DNA of 64,000 bases from Myxococcota bacterium (GTDB taxonomy: Bacteria; Myxococcota_A; Polyangia; Nannocystales; Nannocystaceae), in assembly GCA_039028615.1 (NCBI GenBank), contig JBCCHT010000018.1, positions 1-64,000 of the forward strand, in the 5' to 3' direction. Every line of letters begins with the position of its first letter. The stretch's first letter is position 1. Position numbers and translations under genes: made by a program. Positions 34,497-43,533 of the stretch are shown here, piece by piece. The notes below the pieces were generated by a model. That model saw only the letters and a program-made list of their open reading frames with translations, was not told the DNA's origin and made no database searches.

Positions 34497-37400
34497 GGGA
34501 ACAGGTCGACCTTCACGCCGAAGCTGAAGGTCAGCGGTGCGCCGGGGCGGATCCCGAAGGGGCGGTACGACGCGACGTAGGCGTTGTTGGTCAGGTTGGC
34601 GCCCTGTCCATAGACCCGGAAGCGATCGAGCACGCGGACCTCGACCGAAGCATCGAGCACGAAGAAGCCGTCGATGCGCTCGCCGTCGGGGATGTCTCCC
34701 TGGCCGGCGATGTCGCGCATGGCTCCGGTGTAGCTCGGGCTGACCACGACGTCCCAGCGCGACCCGCCGACGCCGACGGTGCCGCCCGCGAGATGCTCGG
34801 GCAGGTAGGGGAGGGCATCGCCTTCCTCGATCTCCCCCCACTGGGGGAAGGCCGACGAGAAGTCGCTGCGGAAGCGCGACCCGGTGTACGTGTAGCGAGC
34901 GCCGAGCTCGAACCCGAAGCCGTTGTCGAAGCGGTGGCGATAGCGGGCGAGCGACTCGAGGCCGTACACGAGCACCGCGCCCGCGTTGAACTGGTCGCTG
35001 CCGTCACCGTCGACGCAGCCGGCGGAGAAGGTACATGCGCCGATGAGGTTGTTGTAGTCGCTGGCGAAGCCCACCGCCTCGACCCATAGCCCTTGCCAGA
35101 TCGAGCGCAGACCTGCCTCGTAGTTGAGGCTGAACTCCGGCTCCACCTCTTCGGGCTGACCGGGGGCGACGGGCGAGAACCCGCGGTGCACTCCGGCGAA
35201 GGCCTGCAGCCACGGGGTGGCCTGGAACAGCGTGCCGATGCCCGGCGTCAGAGCGGTGTCCATGCGGCGGTCTTGGCTGTCGGCCAGCTCGTTGATGAAG
35301 CGCGACGACACGATCTCCATGCGCAGGCCAGGGGCGACCGTGAAGCGATCCCAAAAGGTCAGCGCATCGTGCACGTGGAAGGCGGCCGCCACGGACGAGC
35401 CTTGGTTCGTCACCGTCGGCGTTCGCGGGCCACCATCGGAGACCATCACACCCGAGATCATGTTGAACGAGTCGGAGGTGTGGTTGCGGTTGATCCGGTC
35501 GTGGTGCACCCGGGCCCCGACCTCCAGCTCCTGCTTGATCTTCTCCCACTTGGGCTTCCAGCGGAACGCGGACTGCACACCTTGGCTGACGAAGCGGCGG
35601 TCGTTGTTGGCGACCAGCAGGGTGTGCTGGGGTAGCTGCGAGTCCTGGTCGCCGCGGAGGATGGCCGCGAACACGGCGGCCTGGCCCCCGTCGGGCTGAG
35701 CCAGGATGTCGGTGAGGGCGGGGCCTCCAGAGAAGCGATCGAGCCTCCGCCACACGCGAGCAAAGTCGTGACGATAGAGCCGGGCCTCGACCTCGAGGGT
35801 GTCGCGCTGACGCAGCAAGTAGGTCAGCTCGGCCTGCGAGCGCCACCAGCTCATGTTGTCCTCGTCGCTGGCGGCGTAGCGGCGATAGGGCGTGCTCTCG
35901 AAGTCGGCCCGGGTCAGCCCGAGATAGGTCTCGTTCGAGTTCTCGGAGCCGAGACCCACCTTGGCTTCGACCTCGTGGGTGATCCGTCGGCCTTCGCCCG
36001 GGGTCCGGTAGCCGAGCTTGAGCATCGAGTCGTTCTTGATGAACCCGGTGTTGCCCCCGGTGTCGAGCTCCTTGAACCCGTTGGTCTGGATCCGTGCCGC
36101 CTCGATCAAGATGCCGAAGCCCTTGTAGCGGGTGCCGTAGTAGGCGTGGCCCTTCGCGTAGCCGAAGCGACCGCCGGCCAGGTCGACGCCGCCTTGGTGC
36201 TCGTCGGGGATCTCGCGGGTGCGCAGGTTGATCGAGCCGCCGATCGTGTTGGGCCCGTACTGGATCGAGCCGGGCCCTTTGTAGACCTCCATGCCGACCA
36301 AGCGGGTGGTGAGCGGGAAGTAGTAGGCGGCGGGTGCCGAGTAGGGGGCGGGGCCGAGGAGGATGCCGTCCTCGAGCAGGTTGACCTTGGCGGAGCGATC
36401 CGGGTTGGCGCCGCGCAGGCCGATGTTGGGGCGCAGGCCGAAGCCGTCCTCGCCGCGCACGTAGACGCCGGGCACCGTGTTGAGCACGCGGTGCACGTCG
36501 TCGTACTCGTGCCGCTCGAGTTCCTTCTCACCGATGATGTGCGCCGAGCCGGCGACGCGGGGGATCTCGTCGGCGGGGAACATCGAGCCGACCTTCACCA
36601 TGCGGACTTCGCTGTCGTCGTCGTCGGCGACGGCATCGGCGGGGTCTTCGAGCGGGACCTCTTCGGTGGGGATGAACTCGGGCTCGGGCTCGGGCTCGGC
36701 GGCGGGTTCGGGCTCGGGCTCGGGCTCGGGTTCGGGTTCGGGCTCGGGTGCGGGCGTCTCGGGCTCGGACTCGGTCGGTTCGCCTTCCGCAGACGTGGGC
36801 TCGGTCGGCTCGGACTCGGTCGGCTCGCTCGAAGGCTCTGCCTCGGCGCCGGGCTCCGCCGACTCCGGCGAAGCATCGGGAGCCGCGGTGTCCTCGGGTG
36901 CGTCGCCGGACGGCTCGGTCCCTTCGGAGGATGTTGGCTGTGCAGCGGCAGGGCGAGCCACCAACAGTGCGAGCAAGAGCGCGGCCGTCGTCGTCGTAAC
37001 GCGATGGCTTCGAACACTATCGACCAGAGGACCCAAGAGCATGGACATGACGCGATCGAATCGGTGGTTGGCTTCCTCGAGACCGTAGTCCTGCGGCGCT
37101 TCGTCGGGGCTGGGCGCCCAGCTGCCGAAGATCCGGTCCCAGAGTGCGAGCCATGTACCAAAATTTGCGTGTTGTTGTTCGAGCAGCCGCCCGTGATGGA
37201 GCTGATGCTGCGCGGGTGAGATGAGCCACCGCTCGACTCGGCCGAAGCTCAGCCAGACGTGGGAGTGCCGGAGGTTCGCGCCGAAGAGGTTGAACGAAAA
37301 CCCGAAGACGCCGATGCCCAGCAGCTCGATCGGCCGCGCCGAGCCAGCGAAGAGGTAGGCGAACAAACCGGTGATCGACGCGGTGACGAGCAGTCCGCGT

Positions 37401-37933
37401 CCGTCGTAGAGCAGCGTCTCCACCGGATGCGTGCGGTACAGCGTCAGCGGGGTGAGCACCCGCGCGGAGTGGTGCACCTGATGGAACGCCCACAGCCGCC
37501 GCACGCGGTGCATCAGCATGTGCAGGGCGAAACGACTGAAGTCCCAGCCGACGAACAGCACGCCCGTGTAGAGGATGGCCACCGTCATACGGTTCCAACC
37601 CAGCTCGGGTGGAGGACCGAGCCATCGGTGCAACGACAGTCCGACCCACAGGGTCGCGGCGGTCGTCGCGGCGAGCCACGGGATGCGCCACAGCCCGAAC
37701 AACAACGCCTTGATGAACAGCAAGGTCACGTCGGCGCGGCTCGAGGTGCTCGTCCACGTGGAGGGCCGAAACAGCCCCTCACGCAGGGCACGAGTGCCCC
37801 GACGCAGCCCCAGCAGCAGCCAGGGCAGGACGATCGCCGTGGCGAGGAAGAGCCAGAAGATCCGCTCGCCCGGATCGTTCAGGGCGCGCAAGGGCTGCGA
37901 CAACGCGTCGAGGATGTCGCGCCCGAACTCCAT
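34493..37933 (-). CDS. Fusion of sterol desaturase/fatty-acid hydroxylase domain and FecA-like TonB-dependent receptor
   Basis: His boxes HMLMH, HQVHH, HQLHH; signal-like AALLLALLVARPAAA; PE linker; plug VPGVYVRGEDGFGLRPNIGLRG, EVYKGPGSIQYGPNTIGGSINL; barrel end NLTNNAY..PGAPLTFSFGVKVDLFP. Confidence 0.88.
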   Translation of the reverse strand: MEFGRDILDALSQPLRALNDPGERIFWLFLATAIVLPWLLLGLRRGTRALREGLFRPSTWTSTSSRADVTLLFIKALLFGLWRIPWLAATTAATLWVGLSLHRWLGPPPELGWNRMTVAILYTGVLFVGWDFSRFALHMLMHRVRRLWAFHQVHHSARVLTPLTLYRTHPVETLLYDGRGLLVTASITGLFAYLFAGSARPIELLGIGVFGFSFNLFGANLRHSHVWLSFGRVERWLISPAQHQLHHGRLLEQQHANFGTWLALWDRIFGSWAPSPDEAPQDYGLEEANHRFDRVMSMLLGPLVDSVRSHRVTTTTAALLLALLVARPAAAQPTSSEGTEPSGDAPEDTAAPDASPESAEPGAEAEPSSEPTESEPTEPTSAEGEPTESEPETPAPEPEPEPEPEPEPEPAAEPEPEPEFIPTEEVPLEDPADAVADDDDSEVRMVKVGSMFPADEIPRVAGSAHIIGEKELERHEYDDVHRVLNTVPGVYVRGEDGFGLRPNIGLRGANPDRSAKVNLLEDGILLGPAPYSAPAAYYFPLTTRLVGMEVYKGPGSIQYGPNTIGGSINLRTREIPDEHQGGVDLAGGRFGYAKGHAYYGTRYKGFGILIEAARIQTNGFKELDTGGNTGFIKNDSMLKLGYRTPGEGRRITHEVEAKVGLGSENSNETYLGLTRADFESTPYRRYAASDEDNMSWWRSQAELTYLLRQRDTLEVEARLYRHDFARVWRRLDRFSGGPALTDILAQPDGGQAAVFAAILRGDQDSQLPQHTLLVANNDRRFVSQGVQSAFRWKPKWEKIKQELEVGARVHHDRINRNHTSDSFNMISGVMVSDGGPRTPTVTNQGSSVAAAFHVHDALTFWDRFTVAPGLRMEIVSSRFINELADSQDRRMDTALTPGIGTLFQATPWLQAFAGVHRGFSPVAPGQPEEVEPEFSLNYEAGLRSIWQGLWVEAVGFASDYNNLIGACTFSAGCVDGDGSDQFNAGAVLVYGLESLARYRHRFDNGFGFELGARYTYTGSRFRSDFSSAFPQWGEIEEGDALPYLPEHLAGGTVGVGGSRWDVVVSPSYTGAMRDIAGQGDIPDGERIDGFFVLDASVEVRVLDRFRVYGQGANLTNNAYVASYRPFGIRPGAPLTFSFGVKVDLFP
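36680..36752 (-). repeat. Coding Pro-Glu hexanucleotide repeat in the receptor linker
   Basis: (GGCTCG/GGTTCG)n on the plus strand encodes PEPEPE... Confidence 0.8.
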
Positions 37934-37945
37934 CGACCCCCGGCG

Positions 37946-39232
37946 TCAGTCGTGATCGCCGGCACCCTCGGCGGGGATCGTCAGCATCAGCGCCATCACG
38001 AAGGGTCCCTTGAGGGTGTCGGTGACGTTCTTGACCGCGGCGTGCACCGCTTCGCCCTGCGCCGTGTCGGAGGCGATGACCTGCGCGAGCGGGGCATCGA
38101 GCGCTTCGATGGTGGCGATGGCCGAGTCGATGTCCGCGAGCAAGGTCGAGGCGATCTGCCCTTCACCCATTTGCTCGAGCAGGTCGTCGAAGCCATCGGC
38201 GGTCTCGGGATCGGAGCCGCCCTGGATGAGATCTCGGAGCACGCTCAGGTTGGCGACGATGGCCGGTCCGGCGTCGGCGCTCCAGGGGTTCTCGAGAAGG
38301 TCGAGGCAGGGCACCGCATCGCAACCGGTGACGAGCCCGAGCGGCAGGCCGAGCTTGGCGTCTTTGGTCTGCTTGTCGACGTAGAACATCGACCGGAAGA
38401 TCTCGTCGAGGGCCTCGACATCGCTGGCGTAGGGCGAGTCGCCGGATCCGGGATTGGCGAGGAGCGCCGCGTAGTCGTCACCCGCCGGGTCCCAGCGCGT
38501 TGCGAGGGTGCTGGCCTGATCGGCGATGTGTCCCGCGAGCACGGCCGCGTAGGTGGCCCGTCGACTGGCCCGCTCGTCGTCACTCAGCGCGGCCCAAGGC
38601 CCGTCGAGCTGGACCTGCGTCGGGCACGTGTGCTCGTCACCCGCGGCGAAGAGCAAGTACTCGAGCGCATCGAGACCGTAGGCCCAAACGAGCTCCGTGA
38701 CGAAGAACGTGTCAGCCGCGTAGTCTTCGTCGGCCAGCGCTCGATCGACCGCACAGGTGTCGGCCGTGGGCCACGAGTAGATCTCGTCTCGAACGTCTTC
38801 GCCCGCGATGCCGGCGAGCGACGACGCGGCCGGACCGACCTGCATCAGCTCGAGCCGCTGCCACTGCGACATCGTCTCGCGCCACGAGTCCTGGGCGGCT
38901 TGCAGGGTGGCCTCATCGGTATGCGCGGCGGCGTAGGCATCGACGGCGCTCTGCAGCGACGCGGCCTGGGTGGCGAAGTCGGCCGTGCTCGGCACGATGA
39001 CCTGGGTCGCGATGCTGGCGAGCACATCCTGGCGGGTGACTTCGCTCGAGCCGTCCGAGGTCCCGTCGGCAGACTCTGTGCCATCCTCATTACCCGAGTC
39101 GTCGTCGCTGCTGTCGTTGCTGCCCCCGGAGTCCTGGCAGGCCCAGCCCAGAACACCGAGGCCGGCCAAGACGAGAGGGAGGAACCAGGCTCCGCGGGAT
39201 GCGGGCGAATTGGATTGAGAGTGCGCAGGCAT
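37946..39232 (-). CDS. Imelysin-family (IrpA/IruB-like) lipoprotein
   Basis: Lipobox LGWAC; AAQDSWRETMSQWQRLELMQVGP, IYSWP, GLDALEYLLF, C-terminal EGAGDHD. Confidence 0.88.
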   Translation of the reverse strand: MPAHSQSNSPASRGAWFLPLVLAGLGVLGWACQDSGGSNDSSDDDSGNEDGTESADGTSDGSSEVTRQDVLASIATQVIVPSTADFATQAASLQSAVDAYAAAHTDEATLQAAQDSWRETMSQWQRLELMQVGPAASSLAGIAGEDVRDEIYSWPTADTCAVDRALADEDYAADTFFVTELVWAYGLDALEYLLFAAGDEHTCPTQVQLDGPWAALSDDERASRRATYAAVLAGHIADQASTLATRWDPAGDDYAALLANPGSGDSPYASDVEALDEIFRSMFYVDKQTKDAKLGLPLGLVTGCDAVPCLDLLENPWSADAGPAIVANLSVLRDLIQGGSDPETADGFDDLLEQMGEGQIASTLLADIDSAIATIEALDAPLAQVIASDTAQGEAVHAAVKNVTDTLKGPFVMALMLTIPAEGAGDHD

Positions 39233-39271
39233 GGCGAAAACCGAGCCTCATCATAGATGAGCGCCGAAGGT

Positions 39272-39290
39272 GATACTGATATTCAGTATT
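39272..39290. promoter_or_regulatory. Fur box
   Basis: GATACTGATATTCAGTATT matches 15/19 of GATAATGATAATCATTATC; upstream of the imelysin gene. Confidence 0.75.
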
Positions 39291-39348
39291 GCCCGCTACT
39301 GCTCGTAGCAAGGCGAAAAGTTGTGCGCAATCTCTATTCTTTTTAATT

Positions 39349-39363
39349 TGAAATTGATTATCA
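39349..39363. promoter_or_regulatory. Second Fur box (7-1-7 form)
   Basis: TGAAATT-G-ATTATCA matches 12/14 of TGATAATnATTATCA, in an AT-rich divergent promoter region. Confidence 0.7.
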
Positions 39364-39428
39364 TCTATCGTAAGCCTCGGCGCGCGAGCGTGGGCCTGCA
39401 CCCGCGACGCGATCAAAGGCAATTGGCC

Positions 39429-40724
39429 ATGAGACTGCTGACCGAGACTTCCAAGACTTTTTCGCTGCTCACCGGCGCTGCGTTGATCGCGGCTCTTTCC
39501 GGGGGCTGTGGCGACGATAGCTCCGCTGACACCGATACCGGCAACGACGGGACGACGACGACGGACACGCCCGCGACGACCGACACGCCGGACACCGACG
39601 ACGCCACGCCGCAGACGACCGGCGAGACCGAGGCTGACACCGAGGCTGAGGACGAGACGACCGCCGGCGAGACCGGCGAGCCCGCCTGCGAGGTCGAGCC
39701 CGGCGAGTGGGACGCACCCGACTGGGATGCCAACGCCGCCGACGCGCTGGCCGTCCGCGCTGCCCTCGACACCCTGACCGGCGGCACCACCATGCGTGGC
39801 GCAGAGACCGGCGACGTCGACATCGCTTCGATCGACGAGCTCACCGCCCTGTGGGACGGCGACCCCAGCCTCGCCGACGCCGCCAACCCCGGCTTCCTTC
39901 CCGTGGTGCAGGACTCCTTCGAGGAGTTCATGACCATCCTCGCCGCGGGCGAGCAGGACCTCACCGACGAGATGGGCGTGTGGACGCCGGGTCCCGACGG
40001 CGGCATCTGGGCCGAGGACTTCCGCGGCATCAACGAGGGTGGCATGGAAGTTCGCCAGATCGTCGACAAGGGCGGTTACTCGGCGGGCCTCATGTACCAC
40101 TACGCCGCGACCCAGACCGAGGGCGACATCACCCCGGCCACCATGGACGCCATCGCGGCGGCGTGGGGCAACAACGCCGACCTCGACCCGGAGGGTGACC
40201 TCACGGACGCGGCCGGCTACGCGCTCGGCATGGGCTTCCACGCCGACATGGCTTCGGCCCTGACGCGCGCCAAGGCCTTCGCGGGCGACGAGGCCTGTGG
40301 TGCCGAGCGTGACGCCGCCGTGGTGCAGTTCTTCAACCTGTGGGAGCAGTCGATGTACGCCCGCATGGTGTTCTACGGGAACCGTGCCGAGGGTCGCCTG
40401 CTGAAGGCCACCGAGGACGCGAACTTCGCCGCCGTCCTCCACGACCTCTCCGAGGGCGTGGGCCTCATCGCCGGCTTCACCGGTCTGCCCGACTACGAGG
40501 GTCCCCTTGCCGGCACCCGGATCTCCACCCAGGCCGACGTGGACGCGGTCATGGACGTCTTCGGCGTCGATCTCGGCGACCTCGGTGCCTCCACCAGCGG
40601 CCCCTTCGTCGAGAGCCTTCCCGACTTCGAGGCCGCGGTCACCGGCTCCGAGGAGATCGTCATCGACGTGTTCGGCGTGACTCCCGAGGAGATCGCCGAG
40701 TACGCGATGCCCACCCCGGGCTGA
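39429..40724 (+). CDS. Iron-regulated helical lipoprotein (DUF4856-like)
   Basis: Lipobox LSGGC, T/D/E tether, motifs RQIVDKGGYSAGLMY and HDLSEGVG reminiscent of DUF4856; divergent from the imelysin gene. Start ATG 39429. Confidence 0.65.
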   Translation: MRLLTETSKTFSLLTGAALIAALSGGCGDDSSADTDTGNDGTTTTDTPATTDTPDTDDATPQTTGETEADTEAEDETTAGETGEPACEVEPGEWDAPDWDANAADALAVRAALDTLTGGTTMRGAETGDVDIASIDELTALWDGDPSLADAANPGFLPVVQDSFEEFMTILAAGEQDLTDEMGVWTPGPDGGIWAEDFRGINEGGMEVRQIVDKGGYSAGLMYHYAATQTEGDITPATMDAIAAAWGNNADLDPEGDLTDAAGYALGMGFHADMASALTRAKAFAGDEACGAERDAAVVQFFNLWEQSMYARMVFYGNRAEGRLLKATEDANFAAVLHDLSEGVGLIAGFTGLPDYEGPLAGTRISTQADVDAVMDVFGVDLGDLGASTSGPFVESLPDFEAAVTGSEEIVIDVFGVTPEEIAEYAMPTPG

Positions 40725-40748
40725 TCACTTTTCCGCTCAGTCACGCGG

Positions 40749-40797
40749 CGCGGGCCCGAGCCTCCTCCTCCGAGGCGCGGGTCCGCGTTTTTCTTTT
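40749..40797 (+). terminator. Intrinsic terminator
   Basis: CGCGGGCCCGAGCCTC-loop-GAGGCGCGGGTCCGCG followed by TTTTTCTTTT. Confidence 0.8.
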
Positions 40798-40815
40798 GGT
40801 TCGAGCCGGTCGCGT

Positions 40816-42087
40816 TCAGTCCTCGTCGACCGAGAACACCATGCCCGCGCCGCGCAGGCGCTCGAGCAACGCGTCACCCATCGCCGACGCGGGCGTGATG
40901 ACGCCGCCCTCGCTGTCGAGCGGGTCGATGGCCAGGCAGCGCGCCGCCTCGCCCAGCATGATCGCGGTGCCGCCGTAGCCCGGGTCCTTGAAGCCCTGCA
41001 CGCGCCCGCGGAGCTCGACGCTCTTGCCGTTCACCTCGCTGCGGGCGTGCAGTCGCATCTTGAAGAACCCGTTCTCGCGCTGCTCTTCGTTGGGGCCTTC
41101 GCCCGGCGAGGGCAGCACGAAGCGCTGTAGCAGGGCCCGCGTGGGGTCGAAGCCGACCGCGGCAAAGAACCCCCCGAGACCGCCCGTGATGGCGCAGGCC
41201 TTGGCGAAGCCCTTGGGCCCGGCGCGGAAGCTCATGAACTCCTGGTAGCTGAAGTCGGTGCCGTAGGCGTGACCCATCAGGCTGTTGGAGCGACGCACGA
41301 CCCGAGTGTTGACGGCCGCCATCACGAAGGGCGCGGTCCATCCGTTGATGTCCTCGTCGAAGCGCACGCCCATGTAGTCGCCATCATCGGGGCCGCGGGG
41401 GCCTCCCTCCGGCTCGAGCGCATAGGGGTCACCGAGCAGTCGGCGGATGCTCTTGTCTTTGCGCATCTGCTCGGCCAGCTCGAGCATGCTGGCCACGGTG
41501 CCGCCCGACGCCCCGCCCTTGGACGAGGTGACCGCGAGCTTCACCTGCCGCGCGGGCACGCCGTGCCGGGCCTGCATCCCTCGCTGCATCATCAGCGCGC
41601 CGAGGTCGGAGGGGATCGAGTCGAAGCCGCAGCAGCAGACGATGCGCGTGCCCTTTTCGGCCGCGGCCTCGTGGTGCTCGTCGATCATGCGGCGAATGAA
41701 GGTGACCTCCCCGGTGAGGTCGCAGTAGTCGGTGCCCTGGCGGACGCACGCCGCGACCAGCTCGGCCCCGTACTTGGCGTAGGGGCCCACGGTGGTGCAG
41801 ACCACGGTGGCCTTGCTCGCCAGTGCGTCGAGGGCCTCGGCGTCGAAGCTGTCGGCCAGCTCGAGCGGGATGTCGGCCGCGCTGGGGTCGACGATGGCCG
41901 CCAGCTCGCGACGGATCTGCTGGAGCTTGTCGAGGTTGCGTCCGGCGAGGGCGATGCGGAGGTCGCCGTCGCTGCGGGTCCGCACGAGGTGCTCGGCGAC
42001 GAGCCGACCGGTGAAGCCGGTGGCGCCCCAGATCACGATGTCGTAAGGGCGGCTGCGATCGTGTTGGCGCACGGCGGAGTCGGTCAT
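40816..42087 (-). CDS. Saccharopine dehydrogenase-like oxidoreductase (trans-acting enoyl reductase family)
   Basis: YDIVIWGATGFTG, TTVGPYAKYG, YCDLTGE, CGFDSIPSDLG, SGGT, DPGYGGTA. Confidence 0.9.
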   Translation of the reverse strand: MTDSAVRQHDRSRPYDIVIWGATGFTGRLVAEHLVRTRSDGDLRIALAGRNLDKLQQIRRELAAIVDPSAADIPLELADSFDAEALDALASKATVVCTTVGPYAKYGAELVAACVRQGTDYCDLTGEVTFIRRMIDEHHEAAAEKGTRIVCCCGFDSIPSDLGALMMQRGMQARHGVPARQVKLAVTSSKGGASGGTVASMLELAEQMRKDKSIRRLLGDPYALEPEGGPRGPDDGDYMGVRFDEDINGWTAPFVMAAVNTRVVRRSNSLMGHAYGTDFSYQEFMSFRAGPKGFAKACAITGGLGGFFAAVGFDPTRALLQRFVLPSPGEGPNEEQRENGFFKMRLHARSEVNGKSVELRGRVQGFKDPGYGGTAIMLGEAARCLAIDPLDSEGGVITPASAMGDALLERLRGAGMVFSVDED

Positions 42088-42172
42088 GGTGCGCGCTTCA
42101 TGACACGTTCTGCGGGCGAGTGCACGTCGAGGGTCGGTCCGGCCCAGCGAGGGCCAGGACCGAGCCGCGTGC

Positions 42173-43498
42173 TCAGCGTTTGCGACGCCGTGCGGGGCTG
42201 CGGGCGAGGGCAGCCGAGACCGCGCGTTCGCGAGCAGTGGGTGTCGGGCCGAGCTGCAGCTGCCCCTTGGCGTCGACGTACACGCTGCGATGCACCACCA
42301 ACAGCGTGGTCGGTGAGACGAGCTCGAGCGTCACCGGTTTGTCCGCCGCCAGGGCGAGATCGACCTTGGGGTCCGTCCACTTCGGATGGCCCGCCGCCAT
42401 CGCCTTGGCCAACGAGGCGACGGGATCGTCGAGCTGAAAGCACGCGGGCGTGGGCGTGGGCGTGCCCTCCGGGTGGGGGCTGTGCACGGAGATCGCAGGC
42501 GCGTCCCCGTCGGGGGATAGTGACAGCCCGCTCTGGCCGCTGGGGTTGAGCGTGACTCGGCCGAAGGTGCCGCTCCACTCCGGGGTCGCTCGACAGGCAC
42601 TGCTCGCCGTCATGGCGCTGCGAACCGCGGGCTTCTTGGCATCGACGAACACCACGCCGTTCATCTCGGGATCGACGAGCAGGTAGCGGGCGCCGAGGTC
42701 GTGCGGGCGCGTGCGCCATTGCTCGAGCGCGGCCGTGACCCGGTCGATGCGGGCCTGCACGGGCTTTTGTGCGGCAGGCTCGGTGGCGGCGAGTTCCTTG
42801 CGAAGTGCGGCCAGAGCCGACTGCAACCCGGTGTACTCCGCGTGCGATGGTGCATGCCCTCCCATCGCTTCGTGGGCCTTGCCCTCGATGATCGAGGCCT
42901 CCAGCGCCTCGATGAGCGCGTCGTCGATCGCCAGCTTCTGCACGCGAGGCTTCAGCGTCTTCGCGTCGAGCCGGCCCTCGGCGAGGTGGCTGCTCACCAA
43001 CAGCCAACGATCGGTCAGCGCCAGGTCGAGCGCGGCCGGATCTTCTGGATCGGCTTCGGCGGCATCGAGCACATCGAGCCCATAGTGGCTCGGGTCGAGT
43101 CCGTGGCGGCGGAGCTGTCGGAGGGCGCGGAGGACCTGCACCGCATTGCCGTTGAGGTGCCCCTGCCAGGTCCACGCCGGTTGGTGGTCGCGCTGGGCGT
43201 AGAAGCGGCGGACCGCGTCGGGCACGAACAGCCTCGCCGTGTTCGCGGGCTCGGCCAGGTGAGCTTCGATCGCCGCCTTGGCTTTGGGGTCGTCGGTCAC
43301 CTGCGGTACCCCGCCGACGTCGAACTTGACCACCGTCCGCGCCGGTCGAACCCGCGGCTTCTTCTCCGGCTCGGGTTTCTGCAGCACGATCGGCTCGGGC
43401 TTGGGCGCCGGCATCGGGTCGGGCGTGCAGGCCCCGAGCATGGCCGCGACGCCGAGTCCGACCGTGATCGCGCGAGAGCTTCGGTGCGGGTCGCTCAC
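42173..43498 (-). CDS. Lipoprotein related to YcbB/LdtD L,D-transpeptidases (scaffold domain, degenerate catalytic domain)
   Basis: Lipobox MLGAC; RFYAQRDHQPAW, HGLDPSHY, DLALT, P.HAEYTGLQSAL, LEQWR..P.DLG.RYLLV. Start GTG 43498. Confidence 0.7.
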   Translation of the reverse strand: MSDPHRSSRAITVGLGVAAMLGACTPDPMPAPKPEPIVLQKPEPEKKPRVRPARTVVKFDVGGVPQVTDDPKAKAAIEAHLAEPANTARLFVPDAVRRFYAQRDHQPAWTWQGHLNGNAVQVLRALRQLRRHGLDPSHYGLDVLDAAEADPEDPAALDLALTDRWLLVSSHLAEGRLDAKTLKPRVQKLAIDDALIEALEASIIEGKAHEAMGGHAPSHAEYTGLQSALAALRKELAATEPAAQKPVQARIDRVTAALEQWRTRPHDLGARYLLVDPEMNGVVFVDAKKPAVRSAMTASSACRATPEWSGTFGRVTLNPSGQSGLSLSPDGDAPAISVHSPHPEGTPTPTPACFQLDDPVASLAKAMAAGHPKWTDPKVDLALAADKPVTLELVSPTTLLVVHRSVYVDAKGQLQLGPTPTARERAVSAALARSPARRRKR

Positions 43499-43533
43499 GC
43501 CGGGGACCTTAGCGCACTCGCCCGCGCGGGAGC

